62,812 bases of DNA, filler included, from Globobulimina sp. (GCA_003354225.1; 36 parts of 36 records of this genome joined end to end with filler, not necessarily neighbours in it); one strand, 5' to 3'. Positions 36,811-49,652 are shown, counted from the first letter of the whole stretch. Notes: generated by a model from the sequence alone, not told the origin. Translations and numbers: made by a program.

Positions 36811-38117
36811 CTAAGAAATCAATTTGCACATTTGTTTAAATAATGCATTGAGCTTTTGGAGATGGGTTTTTTTCCTTCTTCTTTTCTTTTTCCCTTTCCT
36901 TTTCTCTTTCTTGTTTCTTTTCCTTCTTCTTCTAACTTTATTATGCCTAATTTGCGAGACAATCGTTGCAAATCCACCCAAAGAGTAACTACATTTAGTT
37001 TTAACCAAAGAGTAACCACCCAAAGTGAATGAAGGTTTCATTTTTAACCGAACTTGCAACGTTTCAACACATGCAATTAACTGTGGCAAAGTATAAACTT
37101 TCCCACCCTTCTTCAGTAAATTCCGAATATCCCAATTCCTTTTATTTTTATCTCCATCCAAATATTCCTCACAAAAATACAACAAATGTCTATTTATACT
37201 TCGCTTCTCAATGACGCCATATTTTTTGACACATTTCAAATATTCCCAACACATTTCAATTCCGTTTCTATCACATTTTAATTTATAATCAGTTTCACGT
37301 TCAAAATCAAAAATGTATGGATTCCGTAGTAAGCCGATTGCGCTCATTACTCCATCACATTTAGTAAACTTTAATGCATATTTAACATCTCGTGTTGTCG
37401 CAATATTTCCATTGGATATTATTGGCAATCTCAAACCTTTCGAAGTGTAATGTTTTTTAATTAATTTTATGCATTCTAAATCAGCCGGGCCTTCGTGCTC
37501 TGTTTTGTCTTTTCTTCTGCCATGAATTGCAAGTAATGATATTCCAGAATTAATTAACATATCAATAAAAGCAAAGCTTAGTTCAATGCTGTCCAATAGC
37601 CGTATTTTAGCAGAAATTGGTAACTTCACATTTTTCACTAACTGCTTTATCATTTTTGACACAATTTCGGGGGAATCCAATAAAAAAGCACCAAAATTTT
37701 CCATTCTAGCAGATCCTACGCACATTAATGACAAATTATTATTATAATAAAAAAATAAAAAAGCACCAAACTTTGTGGACAGCCTAAATTAATGTCGATT
37801 CCATCACAAATGTCACCCAACGATTCAATAATTTTGGCTGCTTTAACAATTTCTCGATGATTATTGCTGCATAGTTGAATTATTAATGGTCGATCGGATT
37901 TGCATGTTAAGAAACATTTATTTAAATTTCCATATTTTTCATAGTCTCTGATGATGTATTTTGCTCTGATCATTGGAGAATAACATATGTCACAATTATA
38001 TTTCCGGCACATCATTCGAAATGCCAACTCACTTTGAAGCACCATTGGTGCCATTATGTATTTGGATTTGCTTGCGAGCCCAATTAGTTTCATAAAACTA
38101 TCATATCTTTGATTCAT
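36811..38117 (-). CDS. DUS1: tRNA-dihydrouridine synthase (Dus1-like), intron ~37716-37771
   Basis: APMV.QSELAFR, YSPM, DRPLIIQ, DINLGCPQ/RSAR..FGAFLL after splicing, SAKIR, AIHGR, SNGNI, DGVMSA. Confidence 0.9.
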
Positions 38118-38454
38118 TTTATTGATTTGGTTGACAGTCCAATTCGTTTCAATCCATTTGATTTTGTTGATTTTGGATTTCCCGAAACGATAAGGTAACA
38201 AAATCACCAACAACAATGAGTATGATAATCCAAACAGAACAAGCAACTCATTTTCGATATTTTCTGTAAACATTCTCTCCAAGTTCTCTGCACCAGAAAA
38301 AAATGTCCAACTAAGTGTTTTTCTGCCGTTAACATTTCATGTTGACTTTTCACTNNNNNNNNNNNNNNNNNNNNNNNNNNNNNNNNNNNNNNNNNNNNTT
38401 AATTAATTAANNNNNNNNNNNNNNNNNNNNNNNNNNNNNNNNNNNNNNNNNNNN

Positions 38455-40030
38455 AATTAAATTAGATGTTCAATGTCTGATCAGTTTAATTCAAGTGAGT
38501 TAATAATTAATTCGTAGATAGGTCGCTTAATCTCAATGCGAATTCAGTTAAAATGAGTCATGCAAATTGATATTATATTAATTCGATAGTATACGATTTT
38601 GTGAATGTAATGCGGCTGAAAACGCGTCTCAATTCAAAGAGAAATAAATTCAAAATTGGAAAGGTATATACTGATTAATTTAAATCCAACAAATCAGTTA
38701 AAATCAATGAGAACAAGTCATGTGAATCCATATTATTGTGGTTTAGTTTATGCATAAACACAGGCAATTTTTTGTACGTCAAGACGTATAGCAATGGAAA
38801 TAATTTATTATATATAAACATACTCAGCAATGGTAACAATTTATAGTACAAACATACTGAGCAAAGGCAACAATTTATTATATAAAAAGACTCAGCAATG
38901 GCAACCATTTAATACTTCTAAACACGCTTAGCAATGACAACAATTTATAGTGCAAACATCCTCAGCAAAAGCAACAATATTTTGTACGTCAATACGTACA
39001 GCAATGGCCAGAATCTATTATAGTAAACACCGCAATGGCAACAATTTATAGTATATGAACACATTCAGCGATGACAACAATTCATTGTACGATAATATGT
39101 ACAGCAATGGCGACCATATGTTATTTATAAACATACACAGCAATGGCAACAATTTATTGTACGTCAATACGTACAGTAATAGCAACAATTTAATATAGAA
39201 TGGCGACGATTTTTTATCTACAAACACAGAAATGGTGGCAATATTGTTTTCAATTTATTATTTAATTGTGTATAAGTCATCAAAATGACTTATTTTTAGA
39301 TAAATAATTTCTCTTTTGCTCCTTCCGCATGTCCTGTAATCATCATATCTTATTCATTGCATTCAGTCACTAACTCCACTCAAGATCCGCATTTTTAAAG
39401 TGCTTCTCAGACAATGAAAGCATGTCTTCGTTGTGGTTGAGAAAGTATCTGTTTGATCAATAATGGAAAGATCAAGTCATACAATTTACAAATCTTAATA
39501 GTATTGTATGGTTTATTATATCTCAACTAAGTCATACACAACAATGTAAACAATTTATTATATCACACAGCAATGGCAAAGCCAACGTACTGCTCCCTAG
39601 CAACGTACTGCTTCCTTTATTTATACTGCCCACTGGCCACGTACTGCTCACTAGGCACGTACTGCAATGGCAACAACAATATTTAATCAATAAAAATGAT
39701 TTGTTGTAACAATATAATCATCAAACACCCAGCAAATAACAACAGAATAGATTGAATCGTAAACAATTATGTGTATACAATCAAATTAAATTCGATGTTC
39801 AAAGACTGATCAATATAATTCAAGTGAGTTAATAATCAAATCCTAAATAAGTCGCTTAATCTCAATGCGAATTCAGTTAAAATGAGTCATGCAAATTGAT
39901 ATTATATTAATTCGATAGTATACAATTTAGTGAGTATAATGCGGCTGAAAAGGCGTCTTAATTCAAAGAGAAATAAATTCAAAATCAGTTAAAATCAATG
40001 CGACTAAGTCATGTGAATCCATATTATATT
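38455..40030. repeat. Two ~250-280-bp direct repeats (38455-38737, 39784-40027) enclosing degenerate ~30-bp tandem repeats
   Basis: Shared core gtcgcttaatctcaatgcgaattcagttaaaatgagtcatgcaaattgatattatattaattcgatagtatac; internal cagcaatggcaacaattt units. Confidence 0.85.
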
Positions 40031-40543
40031 TAATATGTGTGCAATTTTGTAAACCCAATCCGGTTGAAAACGAGTCACGAATCAAAGTGAACTCAATTCA
40101 GNNNNNNNNNNNNNNNNNNNNNNNNNNNNNNNNNNNNNNNNNNNNTTAATTAATTAANNNNNNNNNNNNNNNNNNNNNNNNNNNNNNNNNNNNNNNNNNN
40201 NTTATTTGGGCCATGTTTCAAACAATGTAAAGCTTTTAATCCATTTGCTGGCAGATTCCAATACTTAATAGATTCATCCACACAAAAATGTAATGAGTGC
40301 TTGATGGATAATGTGCGATATCCATGGCATATGTTTACGAGAACAAGAATGGAGGACACTTATGTTTGGAAAATATTAAATGAAAAAATTGATAGCGCTG
40401 AAAGCGTTTTCAAAGATGCTGCAAATCGCGGATGGTGTGATTATAATAAAAAACTATAAAACTAACATTTGTGATTATAATAACTAATTTGTTGTGAGAG
40501 ATTTAATAGTGTTATATAAACAAAACATTTTTTGTAACTTATC

Positions 40544-41848
40544 ATGTCAACATATGTCCTCTTAAATACAAAGAAAGGTCGGTCACAACTATTAGTTAGT
40601 GGATACGTTAGAAAATCTATGTATCAATACATTCATAAAGACATTATCGGTATAATTCATGCATTCCATTATACAACATACACAATATTGGCCTTATATT
40701 CTATTGGTGATAATGAATATGGACAACAGGGCAATGGAGGAAATGATGATATTAAACAAATAACAAAAATAAAAACATTTAAAAAAGAAATAAAAAATAT
40801 TGTTACTTGTGGGAGTTTGGATGGTGTAGCAGCATATATTTTATTTGATGATGAAACATATGAATGCTGTGGTAATAATAAAAAGGGTGTATTAGGTGTT
40901 GGACATTACAATAATATTAATATATGGCATCAAGTAAAAGCTATGAAAATAAAAAATATATTTTCAGCACCAAATAGATCAGAACACTCATTTTGTATTT
41001 CAAATGAGAATAAATTATATGCCGTCGGGAATAATGGTTTTAATCAATTTGGTATAAAAACAATTGAAAATAGTAATAATAAATGGACAGTAATTAATAC
41101 ATCAGTACCAATTCAAAAAGTAGCCACAACGATGAGTTATACAACATTTTTAAGCAGAAATGGTAAAATATACGTTGTTGGCACCGATACTGGTAAAGGT
41201 GGTTTAGGATTAGGTGAAGATATTAAATCATCACAAAATATTCGAGAAATTCAAATTAAAATAAAATTTAAGGATATATATTCTGGACGTTATCATACCT
41301 TAGCAATTGATGATAATTTTGGTGTTTGGTCATGGGGCCGTGCTGTTGGTGGTAGATTAGGCCATGGAGATAATAATAATAGATATCTACCAACAAGAAT
41401 ACAATATTTTGTTCAAAACAATATTCAAATTGGTAAAATATGTTGTGGTTATTCACATAATATATTATTATCATTAAATAACAAAGTTTTGACCTTTTTG
41501 TGTTGTGTTTATTTTTATACAAATATATTTTAATAAATAAGATATATTGTTTTGGAGAGAATAGTGCTTATCAATGTGGAAATGGTGCGAATGAAGATGT
41601 ATATTTACCACAACCAAATGGAACATTAAAAAAGGAAACAATTATTGATATTAAATGTGGAGCACATCATAATGTTATTAAAACATGGGATAATACATAT
41701 TATTTATGGGGATATAATGGCTATAATCAATGTTTACATGTCACTGATGCCAATCCTCCAATATATATTAAGAAACCATTATTATTTAATTCAGATTATT
41801 TTGATAAAGATGAAGAAATAATTGATATTTATGCTGGATATAATGAAA
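40544..41848 (+). CDS. RCC1-repeat protein with N-terminal box motif; intron 41486-41541; 3'-partial
   Basis: GDNEYGQQG, GNNKKGVLG, GRYHTLA..VWSWG..GRLGHG, CGYSH, CGAHH, WGYNGYNQC. Confidence 0.93.
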
Positions 41849-41948
41849 NNNNNNNNNNNNNNNNNNNNNNNNNNNNNNNNNNNNNNNNNNNNTTAATTAA
41901 TTAANNNNNNNNNNNNNNNNNNNNNNNNNNNNNNNNNNNNNNNNNNNN

Positions 41949-43315
41949 TGATTGTGTATGAAGTAGTTAAGAGACATTATTACTAATTGGAGTTCAACGT
42001 ATTCTATTATTTAATGGGCTTATTGTCAGGTTCGTCAGTGTCCCAATGAATGTCGTCAATACAATTGCCAGAAACAGTGTAGTCACTATATATTCAAATA
42101 AGTTATGAACAACCCACATAACTCACATAAGTCTATACTTCATACCAAGAAGTTCCATCCATCCATTTCCACTCCATATCTAATTGTAAACCAATCCAGA
42201 AAAAAAGGTTACTACTTCCTTCTATATCTACAAGCACGTGATGATGCAAAGTATCATTAATCACTTTTATCGCTTCATTCATATCGGACTCGCTGGTAAT
42301 GGTTGCTAGCGATGTGCCGTATATCTCGCATTCTCTTTCAGCGTCAAATAAGTCCAATGCTGGTCCAACTAAAATGTACTGGCTTGAGGTGTTTGCGTTT
42401 CTGTGCAAATTATTAGCTTTGGTGGTGTTAATAAGATTATAGATGATAGACACCATAGTCATTCCCTGCTGCACTGATTTGCAGTATGTACCTATCTCTG
42501 GACAGCAATGGAAACAGTAATCGTGATTCTGGCAAGCAATTATCAACATATAACGATACATATTCGAATTCTTTATAAGGAAGGCCAAATGCTATAAATG
42601 TCATATCATATAAACCTAATGAGACACTGAATGGTGTTTGACACGAGTCAAATAACACAGTATTGGTCTCATTCAGATCGAAATGATAATAAGCAATGTC
42701 ATCTGGTGAGTACAAGGTGCCATTGATAGTCTCTCCACACTTTAATTCTTTTTGGAACATTGGTGTTTTGATAGATATATTGGAGATTGACGCGTTTAAT
42801 CCAACACTGTTTGGACAACTCGCGTACAACTTCTGTGAACTTTGTTGTTGTATCAGAGAAACAGACGACCAATATTGGTGCAACGAGTCGTCAATTTCCA
42901 AAATATTCATCATTGGTCCAACATAACTTGCATTGTCTGATGGCCATGGCTGGTATGGATTTGATAGATATACGTAATGGTATTGGTTGTCTACAGGAAG
43001 CAGCAGTGTGGCGTTGCCTATTTCTAATATTGCCACATAACTAAAATTAAAGTCTGTTGTCATTAAAAATTGAAGTATTAAGGAGTCGTTTACACCGTCA
43101 ATATATAATGATATCGACTCACCAACACAGAGAACACTGCATCGAGGGTGATTACAATGTTCGTTTAATTTGATATCAAACTGAATTTCTATTCCAACAG
43201 AGTTATTCGTAATACTGATGTCATCAAATATAACTTGAGGGAAAGATATGTCGTAAACTGATGTGTTACAACAAATGACCACAAACAACACCACATAGGT
43301 AATCGTGAGTGACAT
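41949..43315 (-). pseudogene. Secreted multidomain protein with C-type lectin domain; frameshift near 42440; partial
   Basis: Signal peptide; CGETINGT..FDSC module; then in another frame AERECEIYGTSLATI..FWIGL..WKWMDGT (CTLD). Confidence 0.6.
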
Positions 43316-43824
43316 TGGGTAAAAACTTATTATTTCTAGTTGAAAACCTACAGTCATTATATATTGTATCAAATTTAGATTCTGGTTTCGCGATTTAGAT
43401 TATGTTACAATAAAACTATTAGAATTAAAATATAACAAGATTTAGATATGGAATACCAGCTAAATTCTTAAACCATGTGAAGACTTGCATTTTAAAACCA
43501 AACCTTACTAGTTTTTTTGAAGTCACTAAGTCCAAAGCATCCTTTCGTCACCTTCCCGCCTTCTGCGTTTGATACAGAGCACATTTTCTGTTCTANNNNN
43601 NNNNNNNNNNNNNNNNNNNNNNNNNNNNNNNNNNNNNNNTTAATTAATTAANNNNNNNNNNNNNNNNNNNNNNNNNNNNNNNNNNNNNNNNNNNNTTCCG
43701 CATCAATATTTCTTCAAATAATCAGCATTTTCTTTTTCTTGATCCACACGAAAAGTTCTCAAAAGTTCTCACTGATGTGGATTGTTAAAAGACTAAAAGT
43801 TTTAGCTACTTCTTAACACATCTT

Positions 43825-45143
43825 ATGAGCTACTTCTTCCGTACTCAAAAGCGTGTTAATTACGCAGACTCCCATTTAACAGATCATTATGGGACATTCG
43901 GCACATTTATTTTAGATGCAAATGAATGTAAAATTAAACATCAATCTATGGATTCCATATTAATTGCAGCAGAAGCAACATATCCATATTTTATACCGCA
44001 GTCAGCTCATTGTTGGGTTAAATTTCACCCACAAAATAATGAACAGTTATATTTTGAGAAACATACAAAAGAATTGAATGGCATTGAAGGTATTGATAAA
44101 TATTATGATTGGGTACGCAGCAAATATAAATTATTAACACCGTTTTATCGATCCAAATTATTGATTTTTATTCCCATAAAATTTAAGTATGCAATTGGAG
44201 ATATTGTAAACATCCCAGATCGACACGAAATAATTGGTTCTACGGTCGCCCAAATACAAACAACTAAATATGATTATGACCATAACAAACGGTGGTACAC
44301 CGTAAGATTTTTAGACCTTAGCAAAAATTCATTATGTACATTAAGTTATTTTTATGATATCTGGCGTAAAGAAGACGATTTTGAATTAATTTTATCAGCA
44401 TTTGAATGTTTTAATAAATATAATAATAATCAGCAAGCAATAATAAGTCAAATACAAAACAAAAAATTGTTAAAAGAAAATGAGTTATTAGCAAATAAAT
44501 GTAATGTTTAGTAGTTTGTAAATAAAATTATATCTTTAGTTGTTATTGTTTTTGTATATATATTTAATAGGTTGCCACACAATTTTTTTATGAAATGTGT
44601 GAAAATATTTTACAATTAATTGATGAAAAATGGATTGTGTGGATGTCGCGGCCATTTGTGAACCAACGCAGAACTGCCTCAGCGCCATTAACATTGAATA
44701 TTTTTAAAGAATATATGATACCATATTTGTGTTCAGAATATAATTTGGATAAATCAATTTGGAAACGAAAGAAAAAGCAAATACAATCCGAAACATTGAC
44801 ATTACAGCAAGTGGCAAATATATTTTCCACTCAAGTTACTGAAGTTTTATTCAATGATTTTTTGGTATTTATAGCGGAACCAATAATTGTATTAAAAGAT
44901 GATAAAATTACACTTATTGCACATATTTGTGACATGAATATTCATACTAAAATTATTAACGGAGACCCTGTAAAAAAACGAGAAAGAATTGACAGGAAAA
45001 AAGCAGCAAAGAAAGAACAGATAAAATTCTATACCAACTTAGTCAGTGCATATATTCGAATCCATACTGAGGGGATCATTTCGATTGAACTATGGCCGTT
45101 GTATATTACTAAAAGAGTTTGTATGTATTATATTAAACGATAA
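43825..45143 (+). CDS. Hypothetical two-exon protein (predicted intron 44506-44570) with SH3/Tudor-like barrel and C-terminal box motif
   Basis: A phase-0 GT-AG intron joins the two ORFs; FKYAIGDIV..WYTVRF..W..E; ends LVSAYIR..WPLYITKRVCMYY. Confidence 0.55.
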
Positions 45144-45879
45144 AAGAGTTTGTATGTTTTGATTATTATATTTTAATATGTATGATATGTTTTGTTCGTG
45201 TTTCTGTGTGTGTTATTTTTTAGATGTCACTGTAGTGACTCTGCTGACTTGTCGGGGATAAAATGTGAGAACTTTTGAGAAACAAGTCGAACGATTTGAG
45301 AACTTTTAATTATGCCACTTTCATGTTCACAAAAAACAAGTCNNNNNNNNNNNNNNNNNNNNNNNNNNNNNNNNNNNNNNNNNNNNTTAATTAATTAANN
45401 NNNNNNNNNNNNNNNNNNNNNNNNNNNNNNNNNNNNNNNNNNATGACTGCAGGATTATGTGCAAAGTAAAGTAAATATTAATGTAAGGAAGTTTTGTTAG
45501 ATGACAACCAGCTTAAATAAATCCTATGGTTGCTCAGCACAAAGAAGCTTTCATGGGATACATTCACGTATAGAATTAGAAATCCTATCATAAGTTATTC
45601 ATTTGGATAGGAAAATACAACAAGTCCCGTATGTTTTCGCAAATGAGAGATTTACAGTTTGTTGACCTCTCTGCTATACAATACATATAAATAAATGTGA
45701 CTATTATTTGTATATTGCATATTTGTGTACCATAGCGAATAAAACATAAGTTGGGTTCTTGTAGGCTCCTGATAGGATTTGTAATACTATACCCAATCAC
45801 AAAAAATCTTTCAACTTCAACTCACTTTTCCACATTTCGTCACAATTGTTTCCTACCATCAAATACACGTGTAATGTCC

Positions 45880-46215
45880 ATGGGAAATTACTGCAGCGGC
45901 AATAAGAATATATATGACGGTGAAATCATATCATGTTATCGAAAATATTTAAGTAATCATCGAAATTCTGGTTTCATGCATGGCATGTTACAATATACGG
46001 CATCAAATGGTGCAATTGAAAACCTTGAATATTGTACAAAACAAACTGACTTAAATGTTGGTGATGCTGTTACATTTAATTTTAGCGGCGATAAAACGGC
46101 ATTAAATCCATATGCAAATAGTGTGGTTAAAGCTAAATGTGATTTTATTTCTGAAATGAAACAACAAAGTATACGTAATATAAAAAAAGACAGCAAACCA
46201 CAGTTTTCAGTTTAA
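45880..46215 (+). CDS. Small protein or first exon with MGxxC acylation signal and OB/cold-shock-like segment
   Basis: MGNYCSG; LNVGDAVTFNF..PYANSV. Confidence 0.4.
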   Translation: MGNYCSGNKNIYDGEIISCYRKYLSNHRNSGFMHGMLQYTASNGAIENLEYCTKQTDLNVGDAVTFNFSGDKTALNPYANSVVKAKCDFISEMKQQSIRNIKKDSKPQFSV

Positions 46216-46272
46216 TATCTTTTAATATGTTCTGTGACAAAACATAACAACTTATGTGATTTTAATTTGTCA

Positions 46273-47076
46273 ATGTCAAATAAGGTTCGTTTAATCTGCA
46301 TAAGTGATACACATAATTCTCATCAGAAATTAACCAAAGAATTGATTGCTATTTATCAGTCAGAATCGGATATATTAATCCATTGTGGCGATATGACGGA
46401 CAGTGGCTCCGTCCGCGAATTAAGAGCAGTGAATGAATGGTTTGGCAAATTGCCATACAAACACATTGTTGTTACCGCTGGAAATATGGATGGAATTGGT
46501 TTAGATGCAAATGCCAACAGAAACAGATACAGTGGTTCTAATTATAATGATGAAGAAGCAACCATTGAATCAGTGGGGCACTCGATATTTACAAATGCGA
46601 CTTATTTAGAACATGAAGCACTTTATTTAAAAGAATATAATTTAAGATTTTTCGCATCGCCTTACTCGATGAGATTTGTGGGTGGCTTTCAAATAAATAA
46701 TAATGAGGAAGCAGAGCTAAAATGGAGACAAATCCCAACAAATACAGATGTATTAATTTGCCATGGCCCGCCATTGAATATTTTAGATTCGACATCAAGA
46801 GGGAAACATAGCGGTGATCAGATATTATATAAGCATGTTATTAAACGAATTAAGCCAAAAGTAATGTGCTTTGGCCACATGCATAGTTCATTTGGATATA
46901 AACATTTTAAAGGCATTCATTTTTATAATTGTGCACAAAATAATTCATTAAACGGAAATCATTCATATTCGAATTCATCATATTATGATTCACATAAAAA
47001 GAATAATAATATGAAAAAAGAAAAAGAAACACCTCATATTATTGATTTATCGCAATTGCATGGCTTAAACCTGTAG
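46273..47076 (+). CDS. Metallophosphoesterase, MPPED1/2 (239FB)-like
   Basis: ISDTH, IHCGD, WFGKLPYKH..AGNMD, W..IP..TDVLICHGPP, FGHMH. Confidence 0.9.
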   Translation: MSNKVRLICISDTHNSHQKLTKELIAIYQSESDILIHCGDMTDSGSVRELRAVNEWFGKLPYKHIVVTAGNMDGIGLDANANRNRYSGSNYNDEEATIESVGHSIFTNATYLEHEALYLKEYNLRFFASPYSMRFVGGFQINNNEEAELKWRQIPTNTDVLICHGPPLNILDSTSRGKHSGDQILYKHVIKRIKPKVMCFGHMHSSFGYKHFKGIHFYNCAQNNSLNGNHSYSNSSYYDSHKKNNNMKKEKETPHIIDLSQLHGLNL

Positions 47077-47189
47077 ATATATATTATTTNNNNNNNNNNN
47101 NNNNNNNNNNNNNNNNNNNNNNNNNNNNNNNNNTTAATTAATTAANNNNNNNNNNNNNNNNNNNNNNNNNNNNNNNNNNNNNNNNNNNN

Positions 47190-48788
47190 CACAGTCTTAA
47201 TTACGCTCAAAATATCTTTCATTTCCTGATAATGCTTGGACGACAACAATCGATCTGCTTCATCCAACACTAAATATCGCAGTTGCGTCAAATCGCGCAA
47301 ATGCAATGATTCCATGGCATGCATCAACTTCCATATTCTCCCCGGAGTTCCCACGATGATTTCCGGCGAGGAACGCAATATTCGCGACTGTTTCAATAAG
47401 GACATGCCGCCGATAATGGCGCCGCAGCACACCCTATCACTGCAATACTTGGACACGGAGCGAATGTGCGATTCTATTTGTATGGCTAACTCGCGAGTGG
47501 GGCTTATGATTAATGCGTATAAATGTGCATCTAAATGGGGCAAATTGGACAATAAATCATTTATTATCGGGATGGCAAAGCATAATGTTTTGCCGGAGCC
47601 GGTTGCTGCTGCGATTAAGATGTCGTTGCAGCCATTCTTGGCCATGGCGACGGGGATTACTTCTCTTTGGATCTTGGTTGGTTCAATAAAGCCTAAATCT
47701 GCCAAACCGCGCAGTAACAATGGATCCAATGCTTGTTTATTTTGCTCAGCCTCTGTTGCGTTGGCATTAATTTCGCTTTTATTTGGTTGTAAATGTGATA
47801 ATAATTGACCGGAATTGATGTTTGCTGTGGGAGGCGAGGCATTTTTATGCATTAATAACTGATTCCATGTTTTTGTAATTTGTGCGACGTTTTGCTTGTC
47901 ATGCAAAGTCTCGATTTGCTTTCGAAATTCGTGTTTTTTTACATTTAATTTTCTTTTTTTTAGCGGAGGTTTGCGAGTATCCGTCGCAGCACCGGTATGA
48001 TTTTGCAATTGTGCTATTTTTTTGCTTTTTTGCTGTCTCCATTTCTGTTTTGCTTTAATTTTTAAATCGGTTTGACTCGGATTCGGATTTATGTTTAACA
48101 AATCCCGCAATTTATTGTCTATTTCATTTGGCGTTTTTATAATCATATCCGCCAATTTATTTTCTTGCGCCTTCTCTTTCATAGTCTTCCTTTTTTTTAA
48201 ATTCCTCTTCGAAGACTTATTGATCTGTTTTCCATTCGATCCGTTCATTTTATTTTTATCCAAACTAAATTGTACTAATTTTAATAATTCATTTGCTTCA
48301 TTATTAAATGAGTTTGTGTCTAATTCTTTTTTTAATCCCATCTTATCGTTATAAGTGTTATTATTGTCGTTTCTGTTCTTATTAATTGAGTCTAATGCAT
48401 ATTCTTCAATGTCTAATTCATTCAAATTACAATTTGCAAAAAATTGCTTACTGTCAATAACTTGTAACTGACCGACACCGCATTCTTTGCCGAGTCCATC
48501 CCGCGAACCAAATATTTTATCATTGGCGGGAATGGCCACTGATTCCCAGGCCAAACCATCTAACTTTCGCAATCTATGTGCGTTTCTAGCTTTATTTTTA
48601 TTCATTGCAAATTCCTTATTTTGAGTTTTTAAATTTGAGAAATTGTTCAATGATTCGAATTTGTTGTGAATTTTATCGTCGTTCTTGCTGATTGCTTTTT
48701 TTTTAAATCTATTATTCTTACGATATTTTCCATATTTTCTCTGTAATTTCGGATCATTGGAAGTTTTGACGTATCTCTCAACCGTCAT
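47190..48788 (-). CDS. DDX24: DEAD-box RNA helicase DDX24/MAK5, 3'-partial
   Basis: Q motif GFIEPTKIQ, AATGSGKT, PTRELA, GGMS..KQ.RIL, TPGRIW, VLDEADRL...H. Confidence 0.85.
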
Positions 48789-49576
48789 TTTCCTGGGTTT
48801 AAAAGTGTATTTTTTACGTAAGCTTTTTTTCGACCANNNNNNNNNNNNNNNNNNNNNNNNNNNNNNNNNNNNNNNNNNNNTTAATTAATTAANNNNNNNN
48901 NNNNNNNNNNNNNNNNNNNNNNNNNNNNNNNNNNNNATCCCATGATTATATCTGTACCAAATACTAAATTATTTACCCAATTAGGAATATTTTTACCCAG
49001 TTAGGAATATTTTTTACCCAGTTAGGAAAATATTTTCCGATTATATTAGTTTTTAGGTTCGGTTTTGGATGTTTTTTACCTAATTGGTCTAATTGGTTAA
49101 ATATTTTTATGATATTAGATAGTATAAGTAAAAATGTATATCTCTTAAAACCCTATGATATTTACCTGAGTGCAAAGATGCGAATTTATCTTACCCAATT
49201 AAGCCAGATAAAAAAAAAGAGATATGCCCAAAAAATCTTACCGACTCGGCAATAGACACATTACCAACTCCAAAATATAATGATTAATATGGTCATAATC
49301 CTTACCGACCTCAAAAGGTTTATATGTTCCGATATTAAAATACCCGGTCTTATCCAAATTAAATATAAGATTATCTTTTATGGTAATGGAATTCCTCAGA
49401 TGTGACTTAGTCCTTATATGTTTTTTATTAGTAGTCCGAACTGTCTTATCACAAGAATGACATATCCAAATAGGTGATGACATATAATTTATATATATTT
49501 TATATCATTATAAAAATTTATAGCAAAAAACCAATCACATATCTAAATTATTTATATGTATCTGTTGGATGTGTTG

Positions 49577-49652
49577 AACTACTTGTATGTATTGCTGAAC
49601 TACTTGTGTGTATTGCTGAACTACTTGTGTGTATTGCTGAACTACTTGTGTG
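49577..49652. repeat. 21-bp tandem repeat, ~3.6 copies
   Basis: gaactacttgtgtgtattgct repeated. Confidence 0.9.

Noticed and set aside
38750-39230. Degenerate ~30-bp repeats as CRISPR or coding repeats
   Set aside because: Repeats are too divergent, the intervening parts are related to each other, and overlapping ORFs are short repeat translations
786-47076. Alternative genetic code or stop-codon readthrough to explain broken ORFs
   Set aside because: Breaks in conserved genes are resolved by canonical GT-AG introns, and TAA, TAG and TGA all end complete-looking genes
47236-47808. 190-aa ORF antisense to DDX24, and similar antisense ORFs elsewhere
   Set aside because: Shadow frames of well-supported genes on the opposite strand
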